DNA of 64,000 bases, taken from assembly GCA_044224875.1 (NCBI GenBank), contig JBGAJQ010000007.1, positions 1 to 64,000 of the forward strand. Reading direction: 5' to 3'. Position numbers and translations under genes: made by a program. The DNA comes from Gemmatimonadaceae bacterium. GTDB lineage: Bacteria; Gemmatimonadota; Gemmatimonadetes; Gemmatimonadales; Gemmatimonadaceae. This document shows, piece by piece, positions 44,581-54,423 of the stretch (position 1 is its first letter; each line of letters opens with the position of its first letter). The notes beneath the pieces are model-generated. The model was not told where the DNA came from. It did no database searches and saw only the letters and a list, made by a program, of their open reading frames with translations.

Positions 44581-45509
44581 CCGTCGCCTACATCTCGCAT
44601 TCGGACTGTGGTCGGCACGACACCGGTTGGAACCACCCTGAACACGTAGGCCGGCTGCGCGCGATCCCGCGTGCCCTCCGCAACGAGTTTGACCTGTACG
44701 GTTCCTTGCTGCACCACGAAGGCCGACATGCCATGCCCACGGAGATCGCACTGGCGCATGACCCGGGCTACATCGCCCGCGTGCGTCAGCTGGCCGAGTC
44801 CGGGGGTGGCCGGCTCGATCAGGACACCGTGGCCAGCGAAGGGAGTTGGGACGCCGCGACTGCCGCGGTTGGCTGTGTCTTGGACGCGGTAGACATGGCG
44901 TTCGATGGGCGGGCGACACGAGCGTTTTGCGCCGTTCGACCGCCTGGACACCACGCCTTGCGGCATCGCGCAATGGGGTTCTGCCTGTTCGGGAATGTGG
45001 CAGTTGCGGCGCATTACGCGCGGCAACGGCACGGCATCGACCGGGTGCTCATCGTCGATTGGGATGTACATCACGGGAATGGCACGCAGTCTCTCGTTGA
45101 GCAGACGCCGTCGATTCGATTCGTGTCCATGCACCAGTGGCCGTGGTATCCCGGCACCGGGGCGCGTGAGGACCGCGGGAAGCATCAGAACGTCTGGAAC
45201 ATCCCGATGCCACCCGGGCGCCCCCCGACCGAGTATGTGCAGGCGTTCCAGAAGGGCGTCGACTCTGCCTCGGCAGGTTTTTCCCCTGAGCTTGTCCTCA
45301 TCTCCTGTGGCTTCGATTCGTTGCGTGGAGACCCACTCGGCGGTTTCACGCTGGAACTGGAGGATATTTCCGCCCTGACGAGCGATCTTGTTGACCGGGC
45401 GGCAGTTTGGTGCGGTGGCCGAGTGGTGGTTTCCCTCGAGGGAGGGTACGATCCGGAGCGTGTTGGGGCGGGTGCGGTAAGCGTGATGCAGGCCCTCTGC
45501 AACACGTGA
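44577..45509 (+). CDS. Histone deacetylase family amidohydrolase
   Basis: HPE..RL, RPPGHHA, GFCLF.N, DWDVHHGNGT, YPGTG, GFD..DPLG, LEGGY. Confidence 0.95.
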   Translation: MTVAYISHSDCGRHDTGWNHPEHVGRLRAIPRALRNEFDLYGSLLHHEGRHAMPTEIALAHDPGYIARVRQLAESGGGRLDQDTVASEGSWDAATAAVGCVLDAVDMAFDGRATRAFCAVRPPGHHALRHRAMGFCLFGNVAVAAHYARQRHGIDRVLIVDWDVHHGNGTQSLVEQTPSIRFVSMHQWPWYPGTGAREDRGKHQNVWNIPMPPGRPPTEYVQAFQKGVDSASAGFSPELVLISCGFDSLRGDPLGGFTLELEDISALTSDLVDRAAVWCGGRVVVSLEGGYDPERVGAGAVSVMQALCNT

Positions 45510-45734
45510 CCGGCGGCTAGGGGCTAGTCGTCCTTTCTGTGGGTGCGCCGTGAGCGTTGACGCAGCGGCGAGCACCCGATGGCAGTGGGGCGCGAGGTAC
45601 ACCCGGAGCCGTCGATACTCTAGAGTAGCGGGCGGTCGTCAACGGTCCGGCCTGCCTAACGACTTTCGGCCGCGTCAAGGCGCGCGTAGTTTGCAGGACC
45701 CGTCCCACTTTCGCCAGACGACAAGGATCCTTCA

Positions 45735-46415
45735 TTGGCTCGCATCACCACGACCGATCGTTTCCGCGCCATCGGCACGAATGCCCAGCAGCTGTGTGGC
45801 GTTTATTTGCTGGAGGCCGGCGCGCTGCCGCGACTCGCTGACGCCGAAGTGGTTCCCTTCCGGGAACTCGGCGCCTTGGTGCGTGTCGTGCCATACGTCG
45901 CCATGCAGCCGACCCAACCGGATGTGGTCGCGTACCGCGCCCTGGTTGAAGGGATCTTTGCCGAACGTACCGTACTCCCGGCGCCCTACGGTCTTGTCTT
46001 TCGGACGCGCGAGGCGTTGTTGCATTGGCTCGAGGTCCACTACGTCACGCTGGTGGATGCCGTGCGCTTCCTCGACGATCGCGTAATGGCTCGCGTCAGC
46101 GTCATGCCCGGACTCTCCACGCGCGATTGGGACACCCGCGAGATCTCCAAGGTCGGTCATGATCTCGAGGTGACAGCATTTGACTCGTTCCGCGTGCTCA
46201 AGAAGCACGCGGTGGCTTTTGTGGCGATCGACCGGGACGATCAGGACCCCACAACGGTGGATGGGGCGGAGGGGGCGTTCCTGGTGGAGCGTGAGCAGTG
46301 GACGGCGTTCACGACCGTCGTGAAGGAGGAGCAACGTCGCTTGCCCGACCTTCGCATCGAGCAGACGGGTCCTTGGCCGGCCTACGACTTTGTGAAGTTC
46401 GAGTTCAAGGGATAG
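45735..46415 (+). CDS. GvpL/GvpF family protein
   Basis: TVLPAPYGLVF, AFLVER and C-terminal TGPWPAYDFV. Confidence 0.75.
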   Translation: MARITTTDRFRAIGTNAQQLCGVYLLEAGALPRLADAEVVPFRELGALVRVVPYVAMQPTQPDVVAYRALVEGIFAERTVLPAPYGLVFRTREALLHWLEVHYVTLVDAVRFLDDRVMARVSVMPGLSTRDWDTREISKVGHDLEVTAFDSFRVLKKHAVAFVAIDRDDQDPTTVDGAEGAFLVEREQWTAFTTVVKEEQRRLPDLRIEQTGPWPAYDFVKFEFKG

Positions 46416-46463
46416 CCAGAGCCTAACGACCCGCCTCACGCCTCACCCCGTTTTCACCCCTCG

Positions 46464-47471
46464 ATGTTCTGTCCTTCCTGTGGTAACTGGAATCGCACCC
46501 GCGCTGTAGTCTGCGTCCGCTGCAAGTCGGATCTGCCGGAGGTATCCGGTCTTCCGCTCGAGCAGCCGGACGGGGAGCTGACGGCGCTGCGAAAGGCGAC
46601 AGGGGGGCGGTATCGCGTGCTTCGGCGGCTGGGCAGTGGCGGCATGGCGCACGTGTACTACGCGCTGCACGCCACGCTGGAGCGGCCGTTGGTCGTAAAG
46701 GTGTTGCACGCGCACCTGGCCAAGGACGAGGAGATGCGTGAGCGCTTCCGTCGGGAGGCCGAGGCGGCGAGTCAGCTCATCCATCCGCACATCTGCGCGA
46801 TCCACGACTACCAGGCGATCGGCGAGCTTGTGTTCCTGGTGATGCCGTACATGGCTGGCGGATCGCTGGCCGATGTGCTGATGCGCGACCGTACCGTGCC
46901 GGGTCCCCGGGCGGCCGCCGTGTCTGGTCAGGTTGCCACCGCACTGGACTACGCCCATCGCCGGGGCATCGTGCACCGCGACATCAAGCCGGACAACGTG
47001 CTGTTTGACGAGGATGCGCACGCGCTTATCACCGACTTCGGTATCGCGACTGCTCGCTTCCACGGCCGCCTAACGCGGACGGGGCGGGCCATGGGCACAC
47101 CGCACTACATGTCGCCCGAGCAGGCGATGGGGAAGATGGTCGACGGTCGCAGCGACCTGTATGCCGTCGGCGTCATGCTGTATGAAATGCTCGTCGGATT
47201 TCCCCCATTCGATGGCGCCGACTCGTATTCGGTCGGGTACAAGCAGGTTCACGAAACGGCGGTGGCCCCTGACGTCGTGGACTCGCGCGTTCCGCCGGAG
47301 CTCTCGGCGATCGTCATGAAGTGCCTCGCGAAGTCGGTCGATGAGCGATACCAGACGGGCTTCGAGCTGGCTGACGCGATCCTCTCGTACCTCGGCGCCG
47401 CGAACGCCCCGTCTGAACTGCGCGCCGCCTGGTTCGCGCGGCGTTCGCCCGCGGTCGTGATGGCGCAGTAG
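46464..47471 (+). CDS. Hanks-type Ser/Thr protein kinase with an N-terminal zinc ribbon
   Basis: [38 protein letters not shown]. Confidence 0.95.
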   Translation: MFCPSCGNWNRTRAVVCVRCKSDLPEVSGLPLEQPDGELTALRKATGGRYRVLRRLGSGGMAHVYYALHATLERPLVVKVLHAHLAKDEEMRERFRREAEAASQLIHPHICAIHDYQAIGELVFLVMPYMAGGSLADVLMRDRTVPGPRAAAVSGQVATALDYAHRRGIVHRDIKPDNVLFDEDAHALITDFGIATARFHGRLTRTGRAMGTPHYMSPEQAMGKMVDGRSDLYAVGVMLYEMLVGFPPFDGADSYSVGYKQVHETAVAPDVVDSRVPPELSAIVMKCLAKSVDERYQTGFELADAILSYLGAANAPSELRAAWFARRSPAVVMAQ

Positions 47472-47528
47472 GAGTGCTCGGCCGCGCGCGCGGCGATCCT
47501 TGGCGTTCAGGCAGGCCGGACAGACCGT

Positions 47529-47613
47529 CGTTCCTCGATTCGCGAACCACCCGGCCGCCCCCATCGGCCGCTGGCCACCGTGGGCTTTGGCCGTTCCTCG
47601 ATTCTGGAACCAC
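47529..47613. repeat. Two 22-bp direct repeats, 63 bp apart
   Basis: CGTTCCTCGATTCGCGAACCAC (47529-47550) and CGTTCCTCGATTCTGGAACCAC (47592-47613). Confidence 0.8.
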
Positions 47614-47690
47614 GCTGCCATCGCAATCTGCTGGCGGCCGTCGCTCCGGAAGCCAGATTCTCTCGCGTCATCCCACCCGCGAGTCCAACC

Positions 47691-48821
47691 ATGCGGTCCC
47701 GAAGGGTTCACGGCGTTTTTCTCGGTGCATTGCTGTCGATGACCGCGCTGTCGCCAGCTCGCGCGGCGCAGCCGCGTGCTGGCGCATATGCCAGCGTCAT
47801 CGCCAAGGCTCGTCAGCTCGTCCGAGATTCACTCGCGTCCAACGGCTCACCAGGCGTCTCGGTGGCGGTATCCGTCGACGGCGTGAACGTGTGGGAGGAG
47901 GGTTTCGGCTTTGCCGACCTGGAGCAGCGCGTCCCGGTCACGCCGCGCACGCGCTTCCGCATTGGATCCGTCTCGAAGTCGCTCACGAGCATCGCGTTAG
48001 GCAGGTTGCTCCAGGAGGGGCGCCTGGATCTCGACGCCGAGGTCCAACGCTATGCCCCAACGTTTCCCAAGAAGCCGTGGCCCCTGACGGTGCGCGAGGT
48101 CGGTGGCCACCTTGGCGGAATTCGTCACTACCGCGGCGAAGAGGTCTATAGCGCCAGGTCGTATCCCAACGTGACCGCTGCGCTCGACATCTTCAAGGAC
48201 GACTCCCTGCTGTCTGAGCCCGGCACGTCCTTCAGCTACAGCAGCTACGGATTCAACCTCCTCTCCGTGGTGGTCGAGGGCGCGGCGGGAATGCCTTTTC
48301 TCACGTACATGTCGACTCGGGTCCTTGGACCGTTAGGCATGCAACAGACATCGCCCGATTTTGTGGACTCCATCATCCCGAATCGCGCGCGCTTCTACGA
48401 TCGCGAGGGGAGGGGAGCCTGGACGAACTCGCGTTACGTGGACCAGAGCAACAAGTGGGCGGGGGGTGGCTACCTGTCCACGCCGCATGACCTGCTGCTA
48501 CTCGCCGGCGCGGTCATGAAACCCGGCTTGCTGAATCCCGAAGCGATCAGGTCGCTGACGAGCACCCAACGCACGCGCGCCGGTAAGGCCACCGAATACG
48601 GCATCGGGTGGTTCGTCGTCACGCCAGACACGGGACGGCGCATGGTCTTTCACTCCGGCGGCTCCGTCGGAGGGACCACGCACCTGGTCACATTTCCCGA
48701 TCACGGCGTGGCCGTGGCCATGACCGTGAATGCCGGTGGCGAAGTGTGGATTGGTACCGGGCGCGTGCCGCGGCAGGTCGCACAGTTGTTCATCGAGGCC
48801 AAGGAGAAGGCGAAGCGTTAG
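47691..48821 (+). CDS. Secreted serine hydrolase, beta-lactamase/AmpC-like family
   Basis: Signal peptide; FRIGSVSK (SxxK), YSSYGF, HSGG. Confidence 0.88.
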   Translation: MRSRRVHGVFLGALLSMTALSPARAAQPRAGAYASVIAKARQLVRDSLASNGSPGVSVAVSVDGVNVWEEGFGFADLEQRVPVTPRTRFRIGSVSKSLTSIALGRLLQEGRLDLDAEVQRYAPTFPKKPWPLTVREVGGHLGGIRHYRGEEVYSARSYPNVTAALDIFKDDSLLSEPGTSFSYSSYGFNLLSVVVEGAAGMPFLTYMSTRVLGPLGMQQTSPDFVDSIIPNRARFYDREGRGAWTNSRYVDQSNKWAGGGYLSTPHDLLLLAGAVMKPGLLNPEAIRSLTSTQRTRAGKATEYGIGWFVVTPDTGRRMVFHSGGSVGGTTHLVTFPDHGVAVAMTVNAGGEVWIGTGRVPRQVAQLFIEAKEKAKR

Positions 48822-48890
48822 GCGCTCAGCCCGCCTGTCGGCGGGACCCGACGCAGGGCCCGCACCAGCCCGAAAAACGGGCGCGCTTTG

Positions 48891-49352
48891 CTAGTCGAGG
48901 AAGCGCTCGCGGACGGCCGGCGCCGGGATCTGGCAGGTGTCGTACCGTCCCCAGATGCGATACCGCCGCTTGGCCACTTGGTCGTAGACCCAGTCACGCA
49001 CCGGGCGCGGGACGAGGTAAAAGACGAGGGCGATTCCCCACAGACCGCCCAGGTAGCGCATCACCTCAAGCGCCGCCGTCGATCGAATGTAGGCGCCACT
49101 CGGTGTGACGAGGATGAGCGAGTCCACACCGGCGAGGCCGGTCAGCGAGGCGCGCGCCCCGTCACCCCACGACCCCTGCAATGTCGCGAACTTCAGCGTC
49201 TTGTGCCGATCGTGCCGCAACACGAACTGCACGAATCGGTCGCACAAGCCGCAGACGCCGTCGTACAGCAGGATCGCGTCGCCCTCGGCAAGGCGCTTGG
49301 CGAGCAGGCGTTGCGCCGCGGTGGGGCGTGCGGAAGTCGTCGCGCTGGCCAT
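48891..49352 (-). CDS. DCC1-like thiol-disulfide oxidoreductase (DUF393)
   Basis: LYDGVCGLC, FATLQ, RDWVYD.VA.RRY. Confidence 0.9.
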   Translation of the reverse strand: MASATTSARPTAAQRLLAKRLAEGDAILLYDGVCGLCDRFVQFVLRHDRHKTLKFATLQGSWGDGARASLTGLAGVDSLILVTPSGAYIRSTAALEVMRYLGGLWGIALVFYLVPRPVRDWVYDQVAKRRYRIWGRYDTCQIPAPAVRERFLD

Positions 49353-49411
49353 GCAGGAAATATGACCCGGAGATCAGCGATTGCGCACGGTGCGATATTG
49401 CCTGCATGGCC
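49347..49411. repeat. 17-bp inverted repeat (16/17) containing both divergent start codons
   Basis: GGCCATGCAGGAAATAT (49347-49363) and ATATTGCCTGCATGGCC (49395-49411). Confidence 0.8.
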
Positions 49412-51682
49412 GCGCCCACACACCACCGCTATATCGAGGTCGCCCTTCCACTTCCGCTGCCGCAGACGTTCACGTATTCGGTCGAGGAGGAGTTCGAGCA
49501 TCCCCTCGTGCCGGGGGCGCGAGTCGTCGTGCCACTGCGAGGCGGAAGCGAGGTAGGTGTGTGCGTCGCCGTGGACGTTGAACCAGACGTCAACCGACGG
49601 TACAAGGCGGTCCGCGGCGTGCCCGACGCCGTCCCTGCGATTCCGGCCGGGCTCCTTGCGACCTGCCGGTGGATCGCCGAGTACTACGCGGCGCCACTGG
49701 GGCTCGTCCTGCGGAGTGCCCTGCCGTCATTACTGACTGGAGCGGAGGCTCCAGTTCCCGCACCGCGCACTCGTCGGATTTTGGTTGCCGCAGAGGCGGT
49801 GCCGTCGCTCATGGAGCGGGAACGGCTCTTCAAGCGCGCGCCCAAGCAGCGCAAGCTCTTCGAGTTGCTCGAAGCGTTAGGCGGCCGGGTGCCCATCGAT
49901 CATCTGGTGGGGCAACTCGAGGTATCGCCAGCCGTCGTGAACGCGTTGGTCAACCGCTCGCTGGCTCGCGTGGAGCGCGACGAAGTAGCTCGCACCCCGA
50001 TGCTGGGTCGGAAGGTTGCGGCTGGAGCACACGCGCCCACAGCAGCGCAGCGAGCGGCCATCGATGCGATTACGGCGAGTACTCCCGGCGAGGTTCTCCT
50101 GCTGCACGGGATTACAGGTTCTGGGAAGACGCTCGTCTACCTGGAGGCACTCCGCGAAGTCGTGCTGGAACGGGGCCGCGGTGCCATAGTCCTTGTCCCC
50201 GAGATTGCGCTCACGCCGCAGACCGTCGACCGATTTCGTGGCGTGTTTGGCGACCAGGTGGCCGTGCTGCATTCGGCACTGTCCGATGGCGAGCGACTCG
50301 ACGAGTGGCGCGCATTGCGTAGTGGCCGAAAACGCATTGCGGTGGGCGCGCGATCGGCGTTGTTTGCCCCGCTCGAGGACGTCGGCATCGTCGTTGTGGA
50401 CGAGGAGCATGAGGCGAGCTACAAGCAAGCCGAGAGTCCGCGCTATCACGCGCGTGACGCCGCGATTGTGCGGGCCCGTGCCGAGTCTCAACGAGGGGTG
50501 ACCGTCCTCGGCAGCGCCACGCCTTCACTCGAGAGCTGGGTCCGGGCGCGCGACGGGCACTACCGGCTGCTGGAGCTGCCGGAGCGCGTGGGGGGAGGCT
50601 CGCTCCCCGCCGTGCAAGTGATCGACCTTCGGCGCCCCACGCAGTCCGGGGCGATCGGTGCGCCCGATCCCTTCCGTCGGGTCATTTCCGAACCGTTGGA
50701 AGCCGCGATTCGCGAGCGGCTGCAACAGCGCCAGCAGTCGTTGCTCCTCCTGAATCGGCGTGGCTACTCGGCGTTTCTTTTGTGCAGCGCGTGCGGAGAC
50801 GTGGCGGCGTGCCCGCACTGCTCGATTTCATTGACGTATCATCGGACGCCGGAGCGTCTGGTGTGCCATTACTGTGCGTATTCCGAGCACCCCCGCACGC
50901 AATGTCCGCGCTGCCGAGGGACGACCGTGCGAGAGCGTGGGCTGGGCACGCAGCAGGTCGAGCGCCTGCTGGGCGAACGATTCCCGCAGGCGCGCATTGC
51001 CCGCATGGACGTCGATACGACGACGGGTAAGCTGGCGCACGCGTCGATCCTCGATCGCGTTGGGGCTGGCGAGGTGGACATCTTGCTGGGAACGCAGATG
51101 ATCGCGAAGGGGCTCGACTTCCCGAACGTGACCCTCGTCGGGGTCGTGGACGCCGACGTGGGCATCAACCTCCCGGACTTCCGGGCGTCCGAGCGGTCGT
51201 TTCAGCTCTTGGCGCAGGTGGCGGGTCGGGCGGGTCGCGGCCCCAAGGGCGGTGACGTGTATATCCAGACGCGCCACCCCGAGCATCACGCCGTGCGCTG
51301 TGCCACGACGCACGACGTGCGCGGGTTCCTCGTCGAGGAGTTGGCGGCGCGGACCTCACCACCATATCCGCCCGTCGTTAGGCTCGCCAACGTGCTGGTG
51401 AGCGGCACACAGGAGGAGGCCACGGCCGACTTGGCCCAGGCGTGCGCCGAGTGGCTGTCCCAGTTGTTGCAGCGACAGGCCGGGCTCGATGTGCGGATTG
51501 TCGGTCCCGCGCCCTGCGCAATCGATCGCATCAAGGATCGCTGGCGGTGGCACTTGCTCATCAAGGCATCGCGTGCTCGATCTCTCACCCGCGTCTGCAA
51601 TTACCTGATGGCGCGTTTTGACGTGCCCGCGCGCGCGGGGCTTCGGCTCAGCGTCGATCGGGATCCGGTGACGCTGCTCTGA
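49406..51682 (+). CDS. priA: Primosomal protein N'
   Basis: GITGSGKT, LVPEIALTPQ, DEEH, LNRRGY, four CxxC pairs, GTQMIAKGLDFP, QVAGRAGR. Confidence 0.97.
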   Translation: MAAPTHHRYIEVALPLPLPQTFTYSVEEEFEHPLVPGARVVVPLRGGSEVGVCVAVDVEPDVNRRYKAVRGVPDAVPAIPAGLLATCRWIAEYYAAPLGLVLRSALPSLLTGAEAPVPAPRTRRILVAAEAVPSLMERERLFKRAPKQRKLFELLEALGGRVPIDHLVGQLEVSPAVVNALVNRSLARVERDEVARTPMLGRKVAAGAHAPTAAQRAAIDAITASTPGEVLLLHGITGSGKTLVYLEALREVVLERGRGAIVLVPEIALTPQTVDRFRGVFGDQVAVLHSALSDGERLDEWRALRSGRKRIAVGARSALFAPLEDVGIVVVDEEHEASYKQAESPRYHARDAAIVRARAESQRGVTVLGSATPSLESWVRARDGHYRLLELPERVGGGSLPAVQVIDLRRPTQSGAIGAPDPFRRVISEPLEAAIRERLQQRQQSLLLLNRRGYSAFLLCSACGDVAACPHCSISLTYHRTPERLVCHYCAYSEHPRTQCPRCRGTTVRERGLGTQQVERLLGERFPQARIARMDVDTTTGKLAHASILDRVGAGEVDILLGTQMIAKGLDFPNVTLVGVVDADVGINLPDFRASERSFQLLAQVAGRAGRGPKGGDVYIQTRHPEHHAVRCATTHDVRGFLVEELAARTSPPYPPVVRLANVLVSGTQEEATADLAQACAEWLSQLLQRQAGLDVRIVGPAPCAIDRIKDRWRWHLLIKASRARSLTRVCNYLMARFDVPARAGLRLSVDRDPVTLL

Positions 51683-51779
51683 TATCACAAATATTCACAG
51701 GCACTGGCGCACTGTGGATACCGCCGATCGGTCGCAATGGCCCGTTGTTCCGTGCGGCGCAGGTGGCGATCTTTCTCAC

Positions 51780-52931
51780 GTGTCATTCTCGCATCCCGAC
51801 TTCTCCCAACCGCGATTTGCCAAGGCGCCGGATGCGCGCTTTGTGCCGGCACCGGCCGACGGCGTCCTCCCTGACGATTTCTTCTCCACGACCAATCTCC
51901 CGACGTACGTACGCGTGAAGGGGGTGTGGCGTCTGCCGCGTGAACCGCGCATGGATTCCGCCCTGTACCTTGATGCAGCTGGCGAGATCTGGGTTCGTGA
52001 GGGTCGGCGTATCCGCCGCGGCGATTTGGTCGCCGTGGGTCAGCGGGAGGATGGGAGCGAAGGGATCTACGTCTACGCCGACGCCTTTCACGGTCAGAGC
52101 GCCGAGGGCGAATTCAAGTTCATGACGAGCGAGGTCTCGCGCGAAAAGCCGATCGACTATTCGCTCATGGCGCGCATGCTGATCGCCGAGCGGGAGCGCG
52201 GTGGGTATCCCATTTGGGTGACTGGTCCGGCCCTGGTGCATTCGCGTGCGCGGGCCGACATGACCTGGTTCATCCAAAACGGCTTTGTTGGCGCTCTGCT
52301 CGCCGGAAACGCCGTCGCTGTCCACGACATCGAGGCGTCGATCTACGGTACCACGTTAGGCATGAGTGGCAGCGGTGAAGCCACCACCGGCGGACACGCC
52401 CTGCATATGCGCGCGATCAACCGGCTCCGTGCCGTCGGCTCGATTGCCGCCGCGGTGGAGCAGGGGTTCGTCACCGACGGCATCATGCACGCCTGTGTTC
52501 GACATGAGGTTCCCTTCGTCCTGTGTGGATCCATCCGCGACGATGGCCCGCTGCCCGGCGTGTACACGGACGTCGCCGAAGCGCAGGACGCCATGCGCGC
52601 CCATGCCGTGAAGGCGACCATGGCCATCCTCATCGCGACCGCCCTGCATTCGATCGCGACGGGGAACATGCTCCCCGCGTTCGTTACGGAAGCCAGTGGC
52701 ACGTTGCGAGAGCTTCCAACGATCTGTGTCGATTCGTCGGAGTTTGTCGTGAGCAAGCTCAAGGATCGCGGAACGCACCAGGCGTTCGGCGTCGTCACCA
52801 ACGCCCAGGATTTCATGCACATACTCCGACTGTACGTGGAGCGAGAGATGGATGCCACCGGCCTAACGCCGAAGCACGGACGTGCAACGCCGCAAGGGGT
52901 ACTCACCGTCCCCACGGGAGGCGCGCGATGA
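51780..52931 (+). CDS. TIGR00300-like protein (LOR/SDH-associated, ornithine cyclodeaminase-like; ArgZ C-terminal family)
   Basis: APADGVLPDDFFSTTN.PT, GNAVAVHDIE, GSIRDDGPLP, LHSIATGN, KLKDRG; GTG start at 51780 assumed. Confidence 0.75.
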   Translation: MSFSHPDFSQPRFAKAPDARFVPAPADGVLPDDFFSTTNLPTYVRVKGVWRLPREPRMDSALYLDAAGEIWVREGRRIRRGDLVAVGQREDGSEGIYVYADAFHGQSAEGEFKFMTSEVSREKPIDYSLMARMLIAERERGGYPIWVTGPALVHSRARADMTWFIQNGFVGALLAGNAVAVHDIEASIYGTTLGMSGSGEATTGGHALHMRAINRLRAVGSIAAAVEQGFVTDGIMHACVRHEVPFVLCGSIRDDGPLPGVYTDVAEAQDAMRAHAVKATMAILIATALHSIATGNMLPAFVTEASGTLRELPTICVDSSEFVVSKLKDRGTHQAFGVVTNAQDFMHILRLYVEREMDATGLTPKHGRATPQGVLTVPTGGAR

Positions 52932-53983
52932 CCGAAACGCAGTGGCGCTTCCTGAAGGCCATCGCCGAGCGGGTGCCTGGCGACCGCATTGTCGAGCTGC
53001 GACTCTTTCCGACGATTCGACAGGGCGGCGCAGAGAGTGGAGTGGCGGTGGTTGCCGTGGAGGAACTAGCGCTGGAGCCGATCGGGGGTGAGCTGGATGC
53101 AGCTGCCGGTGAGACGATGGATTCGGGGCGTGACGCCGCCGACGCCGCCGACGCCACCGACGTCGCCACGATGGAGTCATCGGACACGTCCGAGGATGTT
53201 GGGGCTGGCGACGAGACCGCCGAAATGCCGGCCGATCAGTTGGCAGTCACCGAGGAAATGACCTGGGGGGCCCCCCCCGAATTAGAGGATACCGCCCACT
53301 CGGCAGCGGACCGTCACCATTCCATTCCCGCCCCCATCGGTTCCCCGCAAGCCGATCCGGCCAGCTCTCACGCGCCTGACGTCGAGGTGCCCCTGACCGG
53401 TCAGCTAGGCACGACGGCCGCTTCCGCCGCGTCGCCGCTGCCGCGTCTCGGCGGTGAGGACGCCGACCCAACAGATCTGGCGGAACGGCAAGTGACGCCA
53501 GCGATGGCCGATTCCAGCCAGTTCCCAACAGTCGCCGACGTCGTCAATCCAGCCGCACCGGATCTGGCCGCAACCTCCGAAGCGGCCCCGCGGATCGTCG
53601 CCGAACAGGAAGTCGCGCTCGCCGTCGACCTCGATGACGGTGAGTTGGAGCCAGCCGAAGGTGAGCCGATGCCTTCCCTCGATGACATCCTCGACCTTGC
53701 AGCGGCATCGGCAGCGAACGAGAGCGTCATCCAGGCAGCCGCTCGCCAGTCGCCCAAGCGCTACGCGGTGCTGGCCGCACGCTATCGCCTCACGCTCAAG
53801 GGCCCTGAACGCGGCAAGTGGGACTTCGAGATCACCCACGAGGCAGACGCCCCGCTCGATACGGTGGAGCGTGTCGCCCGAGGTGTCGCGCGACGTGCCG
53901 GTGATGCTGGAGATCCGGAGTCGTTCTCAGCTCCGCAACTCCGCTCGACGCTCGCCCAACCCTGGTGGAACAGCGCGACGTAA
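52928..53983 (+). CDS. Hypothetical protein with a long acidic low-complexity middle
   Basis: ATG overlaps the previous stop and the stop overlaps the Fur gene; ordered-looking termini flank a D/E/A/P-rich segment. Confidence 0.7.
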   Translation: MTETQWRFLKAIAERVPGDRIVELRLFPTIRQGGAESGVAVVAVEELALEPIGGELDAAAGETMDSGRDAADAADATDVATMESSDTSEDVGAGDETAEMPADQLAVTEEMTWGAPPELEDTAHSAADRHHSIPAPIGSPQADPASSHAPDVEVPLTGQLGTTAASAASPLPRLGGEDADPTDLAERQVTPAMADSSQFPTVADVVNPAAPDLAATSEAAPRIVAEQEVALAVDLDDGELEPAEGEPMPSLDDILDLAAASAANESVIQAAARQSPKRYAVLAARYRLTLKGPERGKWDFEITHEADAPLDTVERVARGVARRAGDAGDPESFSAPQLRSTLAQPWWNSAT

Positions 53984-54414
53984 TCGCCGAGTTCAAGCAC
54001 TACCTCCGCGATCACAACCTCCCCGTCACCAACCAGCGGGTCGCCATCGCGGAAGTCGTGCTCCGTTCCGAGCGGCACCTATCGGCAGAAGAAGTACTCG
54101 AAGAACTGAAGCAGCGCGGTGCGGCCGCAGGGCAGGCCACGGTCTATCGCACCCTCGACGTGCTGGTGCGGAGTGGCCTTGCCGTGGAGCGGGACTTTGG
54201 TGAGGGCTGGAAGCGGTACGAACCGGCTCGTGATGTTCCGCACCACGAGCACCTGCTTTGCACCGTCTGTGGCCGCGTAACGGAGTTTCGCGACGAGCGC
54301 CTCGAGCGCATGACCACCCTCGTGGCGACCGCACACGGCTTCTCGCGACTTCGTCACCGCTTGGTGATCCACGGCGTGTGTCGTGACTGTCAGCAGGGCC
54401 CCACTTCGCGGTAG
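53965..54414 (+). CDS. Fur family transcriptional regulator
   Basis: T.QR..HLSAEE..ATVYRTL..HHEHLLC..CG..C..C. Confidence 0.93.
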   Translation: MEQRDVIAEFKHYLRDHNLPVTNQRVAIAEVVLRSERHLSAEEVLEELKQRGAAAGQATVYRTLDVLVRSGLAVERDFGEGWKRYEPARDVPHHEHLLCTVCGRVTEFRDERLERMTTLVATAHGFSRLRHRLVIHGVCRDCQQGPTSR

Positions 54415-54423
54415 AATTCAAGA

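Noticed and set aside
47529..47613. Mini-CRISPR array
   Set aside because: Only two 22-bp units, with no cas genes or leader
47691..48821. True beta-lactam resistance gene
   Set aside because: YSS instead of YxN and HSG instead of KTG point to a generic serine hydrolase; resistance cannot be inferred
51680..51700. AT-rich TGATATCACAAATATTCACA as a Fur or CRP site
   Set aside because: Does not convincingly match either consensus; single instance
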